The notes beneath the pieces are model-generated. The model was not told the origin of the DNA, did not search any database, and saw nothing but the letters and a program-made list of their open reading frames with translations. Source: Longivirga aurantiaca (GTDB taxonomy: Bacteria; Actinomycetota; Actinomycetes; S36-B12; CAIYMF01). Taken from it: a DNA stretch of 32,000 bases. Positions 9,164 through 17,255 of the stretch are shown in pieces; the first letter of the stretch is position 1, and the number at the start of each line of letters is the position of its first letter. A program made the position numbers and the translations under genes. The DNA lies in assembly GCF_042660085.1 (NCBI RefSeq), contig NZ_JBHSTI010000008.1, forward strand, positions 1,869,876 to 1,901,875. The letters are read 5' to 3'.

Positions 9164-10000
9164 ATGACGCCGACCGGTCGCGACAACGGGCTGCCCCGCG
9201 CCGCCCGCTACGACGCGCTCGTCGACGTCGACCCGCCGGTCGCCGACCACGTGCTCGAGCTCCTGCGCGACGCCGGTGTCACGGCGCTCGCCGAGCCGGT
9301 GGTGGGCGACGTCGGGACGGCATCGCGCGCCACGACCCCTCCGAAGCGGCCGACCGAGCGCGTCCACGTCGACCACGATCACCTGCTGCTCGCGCAGTCC
9401 GTGGTCGCGCGCGCCCTGCCGGCCCTGCGTGCCGACTTCCACGCCGACGCGGCACGCCGCGAGGACGCCGAGGACGCCCGCGCCGCGGCCGACGCCGAGC
9501 GCGACCGGCAGCGAGCCGACGAGCTCGGCGCAGACGAGGTCGACTCGCTCTTCGCCGGGATCGTCGCCGGGTGGGGCACCGCCACCAGCGACCCGGTGCC
9601 GCGCTGGTCGGTGCTCGAGGACGCCCCGGACGACGAGAAGGCCGACGAGGCGGGCGACCCGGCCCCGCGGCCCCCGCTCTCCTCGCGTCTTGCGCGCCGC
9701 TCCCCCGAGCCCGCCGAGCCCGCTCCCGCCGTGGACCCCTACGACGACAACGAGGGCCACTTCGTGCCGCCGCCTCCTCCGCCGCTGCCCGAGGCGGACC
9801 GCGTCACCCGCCTGGCCTGGGCGGCGCTGATCGGCGGACCGACGCTGATGATCCTTGCGGCTCTGTTCGGCATCGGTCTCGAGAGCTGGGTCAGCCTGCT
9901 CGCGATCATGAGCTTCCTCGGCGGGTTCGCGACCCTCGTGGCGCGCATGCACGACCGGCCGCGCAACGACGACGGCTGGGACGACGGCGCGGTCCTGTAG
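9164..10000 (+). CDS. Hypothetical membrane protein with disordered acidic/proline-rich region and two C-terminal TM segments
   Basis: 278-aa ORF starting MTPTGRDNGLPRAARYDALVDVDPPVADHVLELL; C-terminus LAWAALIGGPTLMILAALFGIGLESWVSLLAIMSFLGGFATLVARMHD. Confidence 0.75.
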   Translation: MTPTGRDNGLPRAARYDALVDVDPPVADHVLELLRDAGVTALAEPVVGDVGTASRATTPPKRPTERVHVDHDHLLLAQSVVARALPALRADFHADAARREDAEDARAAADAERDRQRADELGADEVDSLFAGIVAGWGTATSDPVPRWSVLEDAPDDEKADEAGDPAPRPPLSSRLARRSPEPAEPAPAVDPYDDNEGHFVPPPPPPLPEADRVTRLAWAALIGGPTLMILAALFGIGLESWVSLLAIMSFLGGFATLVARMHDRPRNDDGWDDGAVL

Positions 10001-10071
10001 CGACGTCGATCGGCGATTCTCGCTACGCAGAGTGACTCCCCCGCACGCACGGTCGTGCCGGGGCTGAAAAG

Positions 10072-10092
10072 ATCGCCCGAATGGCTGCACCC
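10072..10092 (+). promoter_or_regulatory. Tad-unit-associated motif, copy 1 (upstream of tadE)
   Basis: ATCGCCCGAATGGCTGCACCC; resembles the copies at 21462-21481 and 31531-31550. Confidence 0.5.
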
Positions 10093-10207
10093 TGCAACGT
10101 GAGCTGGTGACGCAGCGTCCCTACTATGGCGAAGTACGTCGTAGCGCACGCTGCGCGGCGTCCGCGCCACCCCGCCGCCCGGCGGGACCACGACCGAAGG
10201 GGGCCTC

Positions 10208-10750
10208 ATGAGGCGACTTGCTCCGACGCGCGCCCGACGTCGCTCCCTCGCGGGCGACGACTCCGGCGCAGCCGCCGTCGAGTTCGCGCTCGTCGTGCCC
10301 CTCCTGCTGCTCATCGTCTTCGGGATCATCAACTTCGGCGTGCTGTTCAGCCAGCAGGTCTCGATCAACAACGCCGTCCGCGAGGGCGCACGACGTGCTG
10401 TCGTCGGCGACCCGTCTGCGCCCCGCACCTGCGACGGCATCCTGGCGAGCGTGCGCAACGAGCTGTCGGGCCTCGCGCTCAACCCCGCCGACGTCCAGAT
10501 CAAGGTCACCCAGGACTGGGGCACGGGCAGCGACTCCAACGGGTGCGGCAGCGCGTTCGTGCTGGCCAGCTTCGGGGCCAACGCGGGGAAGGTGCCCTGC
10601 AAGGGCAGCTACGACGCGACGACCAACACGGCGCGATCGCTGATCGTGGAGGCCAAGCTCGTCTCGACGATCCCGGTCTCGTTCCCGCCGTTCCCGACGA
10701 CGATCACGCTCACCTCCAAGGCGGTGTACCGATGCGAGTTCTCGGTCTGA
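10208..10750 (+). CDS. TadE-like pilus assembly pseudopilin
   Basis: DDSGAAAVEFALVVPLLLLIVFGIINFGVLFSQQVSINNAVREGAR: TadE signature with a Glu+5-type prepilin site. Confidence 0.9.
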   Translation: MRRLAPTRARRRSLAGDDSGAAAVEFALVVPLLLLIVFGIINFGVLFSQQVSINNAVREGARRAVVGDPSAPRTCDGILASVRNELSGLALNPADVQIKVTQDWGTGSDSNGCGSAFVLASFGANAGKVPCKGSYDATTNTARSLIVEAKLVSTIPVSFPPFPTTITLTSKAVYRCEFSV

Positions 10751-12120
10751 CCCGGGCGACGGGCGAACGGGACGGCGACAGCGGAGCCGTCGCAGTCCTG
10801 GTCGCGATCCTCGCGACGGTGTTCCTCGTGATGGCGGCGTTCGCCGTCGACATCGCCAACGCCTATGCCAACGCACGGCAGCTCTCCGTCGCGGTCGACT
10901 CGGCCGCACTCTCCGCCGCGGCCAAGGTCGGCGGCGCCTTCCCCACCGGAACGCCGTGCACCCCGGCAGCTCTCACCGCGATCAACGCGACCCAGATCGC
11001 GCGCACCGAGGCCACGCGCATCAACGGTGACAACACCAAGGTGGGTGCCGACGAGGCCGTCGACACGGTCACCGTCTCCTGCGTCGGCACCACGGCCATC
11101 GACGTCACGATCACCAACAGCCGTACCGTCAAGACCGCGATCGCGGGCGTGATCGGCATCGGCTCGATGTCGCCCAACTCCTACGCCACGGCGCGCTTCC
11201 AGCGCATGCCCACCGGGGGCGGCCTTCGACCCTGGGCCATCTGCAACAACGTCGTGCAGGCCTCGTCGCAGAGCCTGAACACCACGTACTGGACCGGGCT
11301 GGACAACCAGGAGGTCGGCGTCTGCGGGACGACCGCACCGGGCAACTGGGGCGGCGTCGACTTCAACGGCGGCAACAACGCAGCCGGCGACCTCGCCGAC
11401 TGGACCCTCAACGGCTACCCCGGCGTCGTCAACATCCCCGACCCGGTCCTGCCCGCCGACCCCGGCGTGAGCAACTCCAACGCGCTCGGCAACGCGTTCA
11501 CCAGCCTCATCGGCCAGGTGGTCCTGCTCCCCAGCGTCAGCGGCTTCAACACCGGCGGCGGCAACAACGCCAGCTTCAACGCGGTGGGCGTCGCCTCGGT
11601 CAAGATCTGCGGGATCCTGTACGCCAACACCACGTACAACACCGACACGACCACGGGCGCCACCAGCACGTGCTGGGTCAATCCCGCCGGAACCACCCAG
11701 ACCGTGCCGTTCGCGGCCACCGTCATCGGGTCGATGGCCAACAACGCCAACGTCATCACGAGCGCCACGGCGGTCTACGACGCGGCCTGGGTGGGGCTCT
11801 CGGTGTCCGTCCCCGGCGCAGGCAACGGCGGCAACGCCCTGACGGGCACGATCGTCTCGGTCGGCGCCGACCTGAAGTCGCTCACCCTGCGGAACGGTGA
11901 CAAGGCCAAGGCTGCGGTCAACAACGTGTCGGTGGCGGTGAGCGGCAACCTCACGACCACCACGCCGGGCTTCGTGCCGCTCGGCAACGGCAACCAGCCG
12001 ATCGACCACATCCAGTTCCAGTACGTGAACTACGTCAGCAGCTACAGCACGGGCACCACGGCCGCGCCCTGCACGCTCACGCGCGCGGACTGCGTCGGCA
12101 CCGTCCAGCTCTGGCGCTGA
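10732..12120 (+). CDS. TadG-like secreted/membrane-anchored pilus-associated protein
   Basis: N-terminus MRVLGLTRATGERDGDSGAVAVLVAILATVFLVMAAFAVDIANAYANARQLSVAVDSAALSAAAKV (putative Flp pilus assembly TadG, N-terminal type), followed by a long N/T/G-rich, Cys-containing extracellular part. ATG overlaps the end of tadE. Confidence 0.85.
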   Translation: MRVLGLTRATGERDGDSGAVAVLVAILATVFLVMAAFAVDIANAYANARQLSVAVDSAALSAAAKVGGAFPTGTPCTPAALTAINATQIARTEATRINGDNTKVGADEAVDTVTVSCVGTTAIDVTITNSRTVKTAIAGVIGIGSMSPNSYATARFQRMPTGGGLRPWAICNNVVQASSQSLNTTYWTGLDNQEVGVCGTTAPGNWGGVDFNGGNNAAGDLADWTLNGYPGVVNIPDPVLPADPGVSNSNALGNAFTSLIGQVVLLPSVSGFNTGGGNNASFNAVGVASVKICGILYANTTYNTDTTTGATSTCWVNPAGTTQTVPFAATVIGSMANNANVITSATAVYDAAWVGLSVSVPGAGNGGNALTGTIVSVGADLKSLTLRNGDKAKAAVNNVSVAVSGNLTTTTPGFVPLGNGNQPIDHIQFQYVNYVSSYSTGTTAAPCTLTRADCVGTVQLWR

Positions 12121-12146
12121 CCCGTACGACCCGAGCGGTGACGCCG

Positions 12147-12174
12147 CCCTCGACGACGGACTAGTCGTCGAGGG
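12147..12174. terminator. Bidirectional hairpin between the TadG-like and glucokinase genes
   Basis: Perfect 11-bp stem CCCTCGACGAC-GGACTA-GTCGTCGAGGG; the loop contains part of the TAG stop of the minus-strand glucokinase gene. Confidence 0.75.
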
Positions 12175-13130
12175 TGCGGGCGAGGTCGGCGGCGCCGACC
12201 ACGCCGGCGTCGTTCCCGAGTTGCGCCATGACCACCGACGCCAGCGGGCGGTGCTTGCGTGCGACGAGGCTCGACTCGAACGCGGCCCGGGTGGGCAGCA
12301 GCAGCAGGTCGCCGGCCTCGGACACGCCGCCGCCGATCACGAACATGGCCGGGTCGAGCAGGGCCGCGACGTCGGCGAGCCCGGTACCGAGCCACCGGCC
12401 GATGTGGTCGAAGGCCTCGAGGGCCACCGGGTCGCCCTGCCGGGCGGCCGATGTCACGTGCTTGCCCTTCACGCCCTCCGGCGTCCCGTCCCCGAGCGAG
12501 AGGAGCAGGGACGCCCGGTCGCGCTGGTCGGCCGCGAGCTCGCGCGCCTCGCGCAGCAGGGCGTTGCCGCTCGCGTACTGCTCCCAGCAGCCCCGCTTGC
12601 CGCAGCCGCACAGGCGTCCGTCGGGCACGCGGCCGAGGTGGCCGAACTCCGCGGCCATGCCGTACGCCCCCCCGGACGAGGTGGTTGCGCAGGACGATGC
12701 CGCCGCCGATGCCCGTGCCGACCGTGACCATGACGAGCGAGTGCTCCGCGCGGCCCGCCCCGAAGCGGAACTCCCCCCAGGCCGCTGCGTTGGCATCGTT
12801 CTCCACCACCACGGGGAGGCCGCAGCCTGCGCTCACCTGTGCCGCGAGCGGCTCCTCGGCCCAGCTGAGGTTCGGGGCGAAGCGCACGATCTGACGCGTC
12901 TCGTCCACGAGCCCGGCCGCGCCGAGACCGACCGACTCCACGGCACCGAGCCCGCTCGTCGTGGCCAGCGCCGCGAGCTCGACGGCCACCTCGACGATCG
13001 CCTCCGCGATGGCCGACGTCGACCGCGCGGGAGTGTCGCGGCGCGCCCGGTGCAGGATCGTGCCGGCCTCGTCGACCAGGCCGCCGGCGATCTTGGTACC
13101 GCCGATGTCGACCCCGATGGTCAGGGACAT
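12161..13130 (-). pseudogene. ROK-family glucokinase interrupted by a 1-nt frameshift in a G7/C7 tract
   Basis: N-terminal part MSLTIGVDIGGTKIAGGLVDE...VENDANAAAWGEF...GTGIGGGIVLRNHLVRGG in one frame; AYGMAAEFGHLGRVPDGRLCGCGKRGCWEQYASG... in another. The transition is at the C7 run 12667-12673. May be functional if the indel is an assembly error. Confidence 0.85.
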
Positions 13131-13133
13131 GGC

Positions 13134-13574
13134 TCATTCCTCCCGAGCGGTCTGCGGGCGTGCTGGCGCTGCTGTGCCGGGCTCGTCGAGAGGGACTCGG
13201 CGGACCCTGCGGGACGTCGGCGCACCGTGCCCGGCGCCGTCGTCCCCGGCGTCATCGTGCCGTGCGTCCTCGTGCGGCTCCTCGCCGGGCCCGGCGTCGG
13301 ACGCGTCCGTCGCCGTCGCCGCGGCCGGGGCCCTTCCTGCGGCGGCCTCGGACACGACGTGCTCGAAGGCCGCGACCGCTCCGTCCACCCACCGCGCCAC
13401 GGTGTCGGGGTCGCCCTCGCGCAGCCGGGCGATGCCACGGCACACCGGGCAGGAGCAGGTGCGCCCGTCGTCGTCCACGGGGGCGAGGTGCGGCGCCGCG
13501 GTGCGGAGCCACTCCTGGGCCGCCGCCACCAGCCGGGCGGCCTCGGCCCCGGCGCGAGGGGCGTCGTCGCTCAT
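13134..13574 (-). CDS. Hypothetical protein with CPVC motif and acidic disordered C-terminus
   Basis: MSDDAPRAGAEAARLVAAAQEWLRTAAPHLAPVDDDGRTCSCPVCRGIARLREGDPDTVARWVDGAVAAFEHV; overlaps the ArsA-like gene by ATGA. Position resembles the small DUF gene between ArsA-like and glk genes in other actinobacteria (recalled, not searched). Confidence 0.75.
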   Translation of the reverse strand: MSDDAPRAGAEAARLVAAAQEWLRTAAPHLAPVDDDGRTCSCPVCRGIARLREGDPDTVARWVDGAVAAFEHVVSEAAAGRAPAAATATDASDAGPGEEPHEDARHDDAGDDGAGHGAPTSRRVRRVPLDEPGTAAPARPQTAREE

Positions 13575-14794
13575 GCGGTGCCTCCGAGGGTCGACGACCA
13601 CTGGTCGGCATCGGGCCGGAACCGCACCCGCAGCACGCTGCCCTGGTCGGTGAGGTCGAGCGAGGCGCCGTCGAGCTCGCAGCGCTGCAGCAGCGGCGGA
13701 AGCGTCACCACCCGCCGGTGCGGGCCGAGGTCGACGACGAGGTCCCCCTCCTCGGTGACGGACAGGTCGACGTCGTCGATGCGGGCACCGGGCATCGGGA
13801 GGTCGAAGCGCCAGAGGTCGTCGTCGCTCACCAGGCCCGCGACGGCTCGGACCGCGCCGAGGTCGAGCGGGTCGGAGCCGGAGAGCACGACGTCGGCGAC
13901 GGCCAGCAGCGCCTCGACCCCGACCGGCTCGGCCTCGGTGTACGGCGCGTGCCGCACCGGCAGCGCCGCGAACCGGTCGCGGGCCGCGAGCAGGGCGTCG
14001 CGGTGACGCTCGACGAGCGCCGGGGGCCAGGCCGGGCCCGAGGCGACGCGGTTGACCACGACGCTCTCGACGTGGTGGCCGAGGAGCGCGAGGGTGGTGC
14101 GCGCCCGGGCGGTCTCGGCGAGGACGACCTTCTCGGGCGTCGTCACGAGGCGCACCGCGGCCTCGGGACCGGTGAGGAGCTCGCGCACGGCCATGAGCCT
14201 CGCGGCGAGGTCGTCGAGGGCGTCGAGGGCCGCGGCCGTCTCGGGCGCGAAGCCCTGACCGGTCAGCAGGCGCACGATGCGGTTCTCGACCGGGAGCCCG
14301 CGGCGCACCAGCCGGTCGAGCGCCTCGGGCAGCGCGAGGAGCCGCAGGGTCTCGGCGGTCGGTGCGCAGTCGACCACGACGGCGTCGTACGACGGGGCGT
14401 GCGCAGCGACGTCGAGCAGGGCGAGCACGTCCTCGATGCCCGGGACGGTCGCGATCTCCTCCGCGACCAGCGGGTCGACGCCGGCGCCGGCCAGCAGGCC
14501 GCCGACGACGCGGCGCACCGCGGTCCACGACTCGTCGACCCGGGCGCGCGCGTCGATCTGCAGGACGTCCAGCTGGCCGGGGGCTCCCGGCACCGGCGCC
14601 GGCACGCCGGCCGCACGCCAGTCGCGCACCTGCGCCGGGCCGGCCACGAGACCGAGGGCATCGGCGAGGGAGTGCGCGGGATCGGTGCTCACCACCAGGG
14701 TGCGGCGCCCGGCACGGGCTGCCGCGAGCGCCGTCGCGGCGGCGACGGTCGTCTTGCCGACACCGCCCTTGCCTGCGACCAGGAGTACGCGCAC
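13571..14794 (-). CDS. ArsA/GET3-like ATPase (single-domain) with C-terminal beta-rich domain
   Basis: Deviant Walker A LLVAGKGGVGKTTVAAATALAAARAG, STDPAHSLADALG, VVVDCAPTAETLRLLALPEAL. GTG start. Confidence 0.9.
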   Translation of the reverse strand: MRVLLVAGKGGVGKTTVAAATALAAARAGRRTLVVSTDPAHSLADALGLVAGPAQVRDWRAAGVPAPVPGAPGQLDVLQIDARARVDESWTAVRRVVGGLLAGAGVDPLVAEEIATVPGIEDVLALLDVAAHAPSYDAVVVDCAPTAETLRLLALPEALDRLVRRGLPVENRIVRLLTGQGFAPETAAALDALDDLAARLMAVRELLTGPEAAVRLVTTPEKVVLAETARARTTLALLGHHVESVVVNRVASGPAWPPALVERHRDALLAARDRFAALPVRHAPYTEAEPVGVEALLAVADVVLSGSDPLDLGAVRAVAGLVSDDDLWRFDLPMPGARIDDVDLSVTEEGDLVVDLGPHRRVVTLPPLLQRCELDGASLDLTDQGSVLRVRFRPDADQWSSTLGGTA

Positions 14795-14842
14795 GGCACG
14801 AACCTACCCGGTCCGGCGCGGGTCCCTCGCGGGACCGCCGCG

Positions 14843-15286
14843 TCAGCCCGAGCCCTCGACCCGCTCCTTGAGGCCGCGCAGCGCGGTGTCGACGATGACC
14901 TTCTCGGCCTTGCGCTTGATCATCCCGATCATCGGGATGCTCACGTCGACCGAGAGCTTGTAGACGACGGTGGTGGTGCCGTCGCCGTTGCCGGTCAGCT
15001 CGTAGACGCCGTCGAGGGCCTTGAGCATCTGCCCGGTGGTGAGCGCCCAGGCGACTGACGAGTCGTCGTCGGCCCAGTCGTACTCCAGCTCGTAGGTGTC
15101 CTTGATCGCTCCCGCGTCCACCACGAAGCGCGCGTCGGCGGGACGTCCGTCCTCGTACTCGGTGAGCACGGTCACGGACTTCACGCCGTCGCTCCACTCG
15201 GGGTACTTCCTGAGGTCCGCGATCACGGCCATGACGGCGGCGGGGGCGGCGGCGATGACGATGCTCGACTCGGTGCGGTCAGCCAT
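14843..15286 (-). CDS. SRPBCC-family (polyketide cyclase/START-like) protein
   Basis: MADRTESSIVIAAAPAAVMAVIADLRKYPEWSDGVKSVTVL...GLKERVEGSG. Confidence 0.88.
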   Translation of the reverse strand: MADRTESSIVIAAAPAAVMAVIADLRKYPEWSDGVKSVTVLTEYEDGRPADARFVVDAGAIKDTYELEYDWADDDSSVAWALTTGQMLKALDGVYELTGNGDGTTTVVYKLSVDVSIPMIGMIKRKAEKVIVDTALRGLKERVEGSG

Positions 15287-15337
15287 GGCGCGGACCTTAC
15301 CCCGCGCGGCGCGCCACGGAGCAGGGACGCGCGAAGG

Positions 15338-16117
15338 TCACCAGCTGAGCGCGAACGGGGTGCGTCCGGCCCGGAAGTGCCCGACGTTGACGCACTCGGT
15401 CCTGCCGATCCGCGCGCGGCGCGCGAGCGGCTGGTGGACGTGCCCGAACAGGACCGCGCGGGGCTGGGTGCGCCGCACGTGCTCGAGGATCGCCCGGCTC
15501 CCCACCTCGAACCGCCGCGCGACCACGTCGTAGCAGAGCTCGGGGAGCGCCGGCGGGATGTGCGCGCAGAGCACGTCGACCTCGCCGAGCGCCTCGACCT
15601 TGGCGGCGAACGAATCCTCGTCGAGCTCGTACGGCGTGCGCATGGGACTCAGCAGCCCGCCGCCGACGAAGCCGAACCGCAGCCCGCCGATGTCGGCCAC
15701 CTCGCCGTCGAGCACGGTGTGCCCAGGACGGAGGTGCCGGGCCCAGAGCGCCGGGAGGTCGACGTTGCCGTACGTGAGGTACGCCGGCGTCGGCATCGCG
15801 GCGAACATCTCGGCGTACTGCGCGTCGACGAGCTCCTGCACCAGCGTGTGCCGCTCGCGACCCTCGGCCGCGATCACCTGGTCCCACCAGCCGGAGGCGA
15901 GCGAGCGGGCGTCCTCGAACCGGCCCGCGGTCCGGAGCTCGACGAAGGTGCGCGTGCGCTCGGCGCCGAAGAGGGTCGGGAAGATCCCCTGGTGGAAGTC
16001 CTCGTAGTCGAGGAAGAGCACGAGGTCGCCGAGGCAGATCAGGGCGTCGGCGCCGTCGCCGGAACGGGCGAGGGCATCGGTCCGCGCGTGGACGTCGCTC
16101 ACCACGTGGACCCGCAC
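15338..16117 (-). CDS. Calcineurin-like metallophosphoesterase
   Basis: MRVHVVSDVHARTD, LICLGDLVLF, YLTYGNVD, LCAHIPP, AVLFGHVHQP metal-ligand motifs. Confidence 0.92.
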   Translation of the reverse strand: MRVHVVSDVHARTDALARSGDGADALICLGDLVLFLDYEDFHQGIFPTLFGAERTRTFVELRTAGRFEDARSLASGWWDQVIAAEGRERHTLVQELVDAQYAEMFAAMPTPAYLTYGNVDLPALWARHLRPGHTVLDGEVADIGGLRFGFVGGGLLSPMRTPYELDEDSFAAKVEALGEVDVLCAHIPPALPELCYDVVARRFEVGSRAILEHVRRTQPRAVLFGHVHQPLARRARIGRTECVNVGHFRAGRTPFALSW

Positions 16118-16160
16118 AGGGACGACCCTACGAGCACGCGGACGAGGGCGCCCGACGGCC

Positions 16161-16676
16161 TCAGCGGCTGAGCAGGGCTCCGAGGACCGCGAAGACCGAC
16201 AGCATCAGCAGCAGCGTGAGCGTGCCGCCCACGAGCGCCACGGTCCACCGGCCGCCCGGGACGTCGTCGGGGTCGAACATCCGCTGGCGGCGCTCGGTGA
16301 CGGCGAGCCGCGCCAGCATCTGGTCCGCGAGCTCGTCCACCTGCTCCGGACGGACCTCGCCGGTCGGGATGTCGAGGCCCTCGAGGTCCGCGGAACGATC
16401 GATCGTGTCCACCCGGGCGCCGGCCTGGCGACGGCCGACGGGCGCCGGCTGCTTCGCGTGCCTGCCCGCCTCGCGACGGCCGACGGGCTCGTCGCCCTCC
16501 GTGCCGCCGGAGCGGGTGGCACCGGTCAGGTCGGGGAGGACGTCGTCGACCGGATGCGCCGCAGCGCGCGGCTCACGGCGCGCGCGCAGGTCGGCGTGGC
16601 ACAGCGAGCACCACGCCGCGCCCGTGGGGACGGCGGCTGCGCACGAGGGGCAGCGTGACTGGATCGGCACGATCAC
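16161..16676 (-). CDS. Zinc-ribbon protein with a single C-terminal (tail-anchor) TM helix
   Basis: VIVPIQSRCPSCAAAVPTGAAWCSLCHADL (CxxC...CxxC) and C-terminus RWTVALVGGTLTLLLMLSVFAVLGALLSR*. GTG start inferred. Confidence 0.7.
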   Translation of the reverse strand: MIVPIQSRCPSCAAAVPTGAAWCSLCHADLRARREPRAAAHPVDDVLPDLTGATRSGGTEGDEPVGRREAGRHAKQPAPVGRRQAGARVDTIDRSADLEGLDIPTGEVRPEQVDELADQMLARLAVTERRQRMFDPDDVPGGRWTVALVGGTLTLLLMLSVFAVLGALLSR

Positions 16677-16732
16677 GTCATCGGCAGCGCAGCGGGTCGG
16701 CTTGACCTCCCGTCCGCGGCTTCTGCGCTCCG

Positions 16733-17176
16733 TCAGGAGGCTCGCGCCTGCCCCGGGCGCCGGTCGCGCTCGAGGCGGTCCTTCAGCTCCCACACCGACT
16801 GCTTCCAGCGCCGCGCCCTGCGGGCCCGTGCCCGGGCCGCGCGACGCCGGCCCCGGGGATCGGCCGGGAGCGGGAGCGGGCCGCCCGTGGCCCGGTCGAC
16901 CGGGTCGAGGCGCGCGTAGTGGTGCACGAGGACGCCGTCGCCCATCGGTTCGAGCCAGATCTCGAGGGAGCCGCACCACGCCTCGCCGGACACCGACCAC
17001 CGGATCCCGTCGAGGCCGCGGTCCATGAACACCGTGAGCGCGAGCTCGGGCCACCAGCGGGCCCAGGACGCCGGGTCGGCGACCTCGGCCGCCAGCACGG
17101 CCCGGTCGGCCACCACGAACGTCTCGTCCACCAGATCCACGGCCGGCACGGGCCGATCCTGGCACGCTGCGCGCAT
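16733..17176 (-). CDS. SRPBCC-family-like protein
   Basis: VDLVDETFVVADRAVLAAEVADPASWARWWPELALTVFMDRGLDGIRWSVSGEAWCGSLEIWLEPMGDGVLVHHYARLDP. Confidence 0.75.
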   Translation of the reverse strand: MRAACQDRPVPAVDLVDETFVVADRAVLAAEVADPASWARWWPELALTVFMDRGLDGIRWSVSGEAWCGSLEIWLEPMGDGVLVHHYARLDPVDRATGGPLPLPADPRGRRRAARARARRARRWKQSVWELKDRLERDRRPGQARAS

Positions 17177-17205
17177 CCGCCGTGTCGCGTGGCGTGGATC
17201 ACACG

Positions 17206-17223
17206 GACAACTTAGGGTGTCCT
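17206..17223. promoter_or_regulatory. Candidate operator in a divergent intergenic region
   Basis: Inverted repeat GGACA-ACTTAGGG-TGTCC between the SRPBCC-like gene (-) and the acyl-CoA ligase gene (+), in an otherwise GC-rich setting. Confidence 0.35.
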
Positions 17224-17255
17224 TAGTTACTCACGCGTCCCCCCAGGAGGAGATC

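Noticed and set aside
10036-10110. Riboswitch (c-di-GMP class) in the tadE leader
   Set aside because: There is local hairpin potential, but I could not match the conserved core of any riboswitch class I know. An Rfam/Infernal search would be decisive.
10126-10731. N-terminal extension of the TadG-like ORF through tadE
   Set aside because: The region before ATG 10732 is out-of-frame translation of tadE and Arg/Pro-rich junk; the TadG-like N-terminal signature begins after 10732.
17212-17230. DtxR/IdeR iron box upstream of the acyl-CoA ligase
   Set aside because: TTAGGGTGTCCTTAGTTA matches only about 13 of 19 consensus positions and lacks the second half-site; kept only as an unassigned operator-like element.
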